NCBI GenBank assembly: GCA_965215125.1
Contig: OZ244052.1
Location: forward strand, 800,001-864,000
Direction of reading: 5' to 3'
Source: an uncultured candidatus Porisulfidus sp.
GTDB lineage: Bacteria > Pseudomonadota > Gammaproteobacteria > Poriferisulfidales > Oxydemutatoraceae
Length of the DNA stretch: 64,000 bases
The position numbers were made by a program, and so were the translations under genes. Shown one piece after another: positions 61,345 through 64,000 of the stretch (the stretch's first letter is position 1; each line of letters starts with the position of its first letter). The notes beneath the pieces were generated by a model. The model worked only from the letters and a program-made list of their open reading frames with translations. It did not search any database and was not told where the DNA came from.

Positions 61345-62379
61345 TCAAGGACAAGGGTTTGGAATTCGGTTATGAGTTTTCTCTATTTCTTCCAGCACAT
61401 CTTTGGATAACTCAATGTTTACACTGCTGATATTAGCTTCAAGCTGCTCCATCGTGGTGGCACCGATAATATTGCTAGTCAAAAAAGAGCGTGTGTTGAC
61501 ATACGCAAGTGCCATTTGTGCCGGATTTAGTCCTGCCTGTTCGGCAATCTTGCAATAATGCTCGGTTGCAACTACACCCAAGTCATTGCTATAGCGGCTG
61601 AAGAAATCAAACAAAGTTAAACGCGCCTTATCGGGTTTTTTGCCACCCAGATATTTGCCGCTCAACACACCAAAACCCAAAGGCGAATAAGCCAACAAGC
61701 CGACTTGTTCGCGATGTGCGATTTCTGCCAGTCCGACTTCAAAGGTACGATTCAATAGACTGTATGGATTCTGCACGCTGACTATTCTCGGCCGGTTATG
61801 TTCCGATGCAAGGTTCAAATAGCGCATCGTCCCCCACGGTGTCTCGTTGGAGATCCCCACATAGCGTACCTTGCCTGCTTTAACCAAATCATTTAATGCC
61901 TCTAAGGTCTCGGCGATAGGTGTGGAATCATCGTTTTCTTCGTGTGTATAACCCAAATCACCGAAAAAGTTAGTCTTGCGAGACGGCCAGTGCACTTGGT
62001 ATAAATCAATATAGTCGGTTCCGATACGCTGTAGGCTTTGTTCCAATGCCTGGGTGATATGATCCCGCGTCAATTCCGGTCCGCCGCGTATATAACTTTG
62101 CATACCCGGCCCCGAGACTTTGGTGGCAATAATCAGGTTCTCTCTATCGGAGTAATCGGCGAGCCAGCTACCGAAATAATGTTCGGTTAATCCTTGTGTT
62201 TCGGCCTTAGGCGGCACCGGATACATTTCGGCCAAGTCTATAAAGTTAACACCTTGTTCAATGGCAAAATCCAACTGTCGATGCGCTTCTTGTTCGGTGT
62301 TTTGTTCCCCCCATGTCATCGTGCCTAGACAGATTACACTGACCTTAACGGAGGTGTTCGAGAGCTGGCGATATTCCAT
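61345..62379 (-). CDS. tas: NADP(H)-dependent aldo-keto reductase Tas
   Basis: LGTMTWGEQN, D.AEMYPVPP, DYIDLYQVHWP.R, SNETPWG and LLAYSPLGFG.LSGKY. Confidence 0.95.
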   Translation of the reverse strand: MEYRQLSNTSVKVSVICLGTMTWGEQNTEQEAHRQLDFAIEQGVNFIDLAEMYPVPPKAETQGLTEHYFGSWLADYSDRENLIIATKVSGPGMQSYIRGGPELTRDHITQALEQSLQRIGTDYIDLYQVHWPSRKTNFFGDLGYTHEENDDSTPIAETLEALNDLVKAGKVRYVGISNETPWGTMRYLNLASEHNRPRIVSVQNPYSLLNRTFEVGLAEIAHREQVGLLAYSPLGFGVLSGKYLGGKKPDKARLTLFDFFSRYSNDLGVVATEHYCKIAEQAGLNPAQMALAYVNTRSFLTSNIIGATTMEQLEANISSVNIELSKDVLEEIEKTHNRIPNPCP

Positions 62380-62453
62380 TTTTTTAGCTTCAATAAGAAA
62401 GTTAGTATGTCTGCTATGCTAGTATAACCTTTTACGATGACAATATAAACCAT

Positions 62454-64000
62454 ATGCTTGATAATTTACCGATCCTAAAAAGAATAAATAAAGTACTACT
62501 CGAACTTTATAAAAACATAACGCCTTTCCTAGGCTGGGTCGGTGAATTAAAAAACACCGAAATAATCAAAGCCGATGTGCTTGCGGGCACAACGGTAGCA
62601 CTCGTGTTAGTACCCCAATCTATGGCGTATGCACAGCTCGCAGGATTACCACCGTATTACGGTTTGTATGCTTCTTGTCTTCCCGTTGCTATTGCCGCCT
62701 TGTTCGGTTCTTCGCGTCAGCTTGCAACCGGACCGGTTGCCGTAGTATCGTTATTAACCGCATCTGCAATAGAACCGCTCGCAGTAAGCGGTGGCGAAGG
62801 TTATTTTATGTATGCGGTGATGTTGGCATTTATGGTTGGCATGGTACAACTCATATTAGGTGTAGTACGTCTGGGCATAATGATAGACTTTCTCTCCCAT
62901 CCGGTGGTCACCGGATTCACCAACGCTGCGGCGATTATTATTGCAACTTCTCAACTCAACAATATTTTCGGTGTAGAAGTAGATAGAGCGGAATATCACT
63001 ATCAAGTCGTCTGGAGTACGCTAAAAGCCGCATGGGATAACCCGCATCTGCCGACTTTATTAATCGCAGTAGGTTCTTTGTTATTGATGATAGCATTAAA
63101 GAGATACCTGCCTAAATTACCTTATGTTTTGATTGCGGTCATTATAGCGACCCTAGTTTCTTGGTTCTTTGATTTTGAGGCAAACGGCGGGCGTGTTGTA
63201 GGAAAAATTCCGCAAGGATTACCGTCTTTTGAATTGCCAATCGTCAGTTGGAAGATGATACAAGAAATGGTAGGGGTTGCGTTGGCGATTGCACTGATAG
63301 GTTTTATGGAAGCGATATCAATCGCCAAAGCAATGGCGGTTCAAACAAGACAACGGCTAAATGCAGATCAGGAACTTATCGGACAAGGTTTATCCAATAT
63401 AACCTCCAGCATGTTTCAAGGTTACGCGGTCTCGGGATCGTTTTCTCGGTCGGCGGTCAATATAAATACCGGTGCGGTTACCGGTTTCTCTTCTATCGTG
63501 ACCGCAGTAATAATCGGCTTTACACTGCTGTTTCTAACACCCTTGCTATACCACTTGCCGCAAGCAACCTTAGCATCGGTCATCATTCTAGCTGTCGCCT
63601 CGCTGGTGCGAATCAAGGCGTTCAAAAATATATGGCGCATACAGTATCAGGATGGCTTTGTTGCCGTAGTAACTTTTGTGCTTACATTACTTTTTGCGCC
63701 TCATCTAGAGAACGGTATTTTAATCGGTGTGGTGCTGTCTTTGGGGCTTTATGTATACCGCACGATGCGTCCCGATATTTCTTTACTCGGCAGACACACC
63801 GACGGCGGCTTAAGAGATGCCGCTAAATATATCCTTAAAGTATGTCCTCAAATCGCAATTGTGCGTTTCGGCGGACCTTTATTTTTTGCAAATACGGGTT
63901 ATTTTCACGACAAAGTATTGGAGCGAGTTAGCAACCAACCGGAACTTAGATTCATTATTATAGATGCGGTTTCGATGAACGAAATAGATGCAACAGGACA
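62454..64000 (+). CDS. SulP-family anion (sulfate) transporter, truncated by the window end
   Basis: Hand translation from ATG 62454 gives ..KADVLAGTTVALVLVPQSMAYAQLAGLPPYYGLY, GSSRQLATGP, QELIGQG, SGSFSRSAVN and the start of a STAS domain (GPLFFAN). Absent from the ORF track because it has no stop in the window. Confidence 0.95.
   Translation, partial: MLDNLPILKRINKVLLELYKNITPFLGWVGELKNTEIIKADVLAGTTVALVLVPQSMAYAQLAGLPPYYGLYASCLPVAIAALFGSSRQLATGPVAVVSLLTASAIEPLAVSGGEGYFMYAVMLAFMVGMVQLILGVVRLGIMIDFLSHPVVTGFTNAAAIIIATSQLNNIFGVEVDRAEYHYQVVWSTLKAAWDNPHLPTLLIAVGSLLLMIALKRYLPKLPYVLIAVIIATLVSWFFDFEANGGRVVGKIPQGLPSFELPIVSWKMIQEMVGVALAIALIGFMEAISIAKAMAVQTRQRLNADQELIGQGLSNITSSMFQGYAVSGSFSRSAVNINTGAVTGFSSIVTAVIIGFTLLFLTPLLYHLPQATLASVIILAVASLVRIKAFKNIWRIQYQDGFVAVVTFVLTLLFAPHLENGILIGVVLSLGLYVYRTMRPDISLLGRHTDGGLRDAAKYILKVCPQIAIVRFGGPLFFANTGYFHDKVLERVSNQPELRFIIIDAVSMNEIDATG

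Noticed and set aside
61031-61410. Overlapping short ORFs here and at 54076..54421 and 17212..17433 with mutually similar peptides (VLHKVTP, VLLRLP)
   Set aside because: The similarity comes from translating the non-coding repeat family. There is no RBS or protein-like conservation.

Overview
A 64-kb chromosomal segment from a Gammaproteobacterium, inferred from gene content and conserved orders such as lgt-thyA-folA, argS-SPOR, smpB/ratA/bamE/fur/recN/nadK and dapF-DUF484-xerC. Most of it is a compact housekeeping backbone: about 45 recognisable CDS and three tRNAs (Pro-CGG, Leu-CAG, Phe-GAA). Accessory material sits between the core genes. (i) Seven visibly AT-rich glycan-modifying genes: a tandem triplet of divergent O-fucosyltransferase-like paralogues, a NodZ-like fucosyltransferase, two sulfotransferase-like proteins and a GT25. 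A TPR-bearing Wzy_C ligase/O-oligosaccharyltransferase is also present. (ii) Two intact IS elements (IS3 family and IS256 family), each with terminal inverted repeats and a target-site duplication, and each inserted in the extreme 3' end of one of the glycan genes. (iii) A modular, nested family of palindromic intergenic repeats in at least seven copies. (iv) An effector-like orphan protein next to tRNA-Leu, an orphan DNA methyltransferase, a HEPN/MNT toxin-antitoxin pair, a XanB2/FkbO-like chorismatase and two small CCDC90-like membrane proteins. The best candidates for an undescribed system are the dispersed fucosyl/sulfo-glycan toolkit and the nested repeat family. All family calls come from motif recognition by eye; no database search was run.
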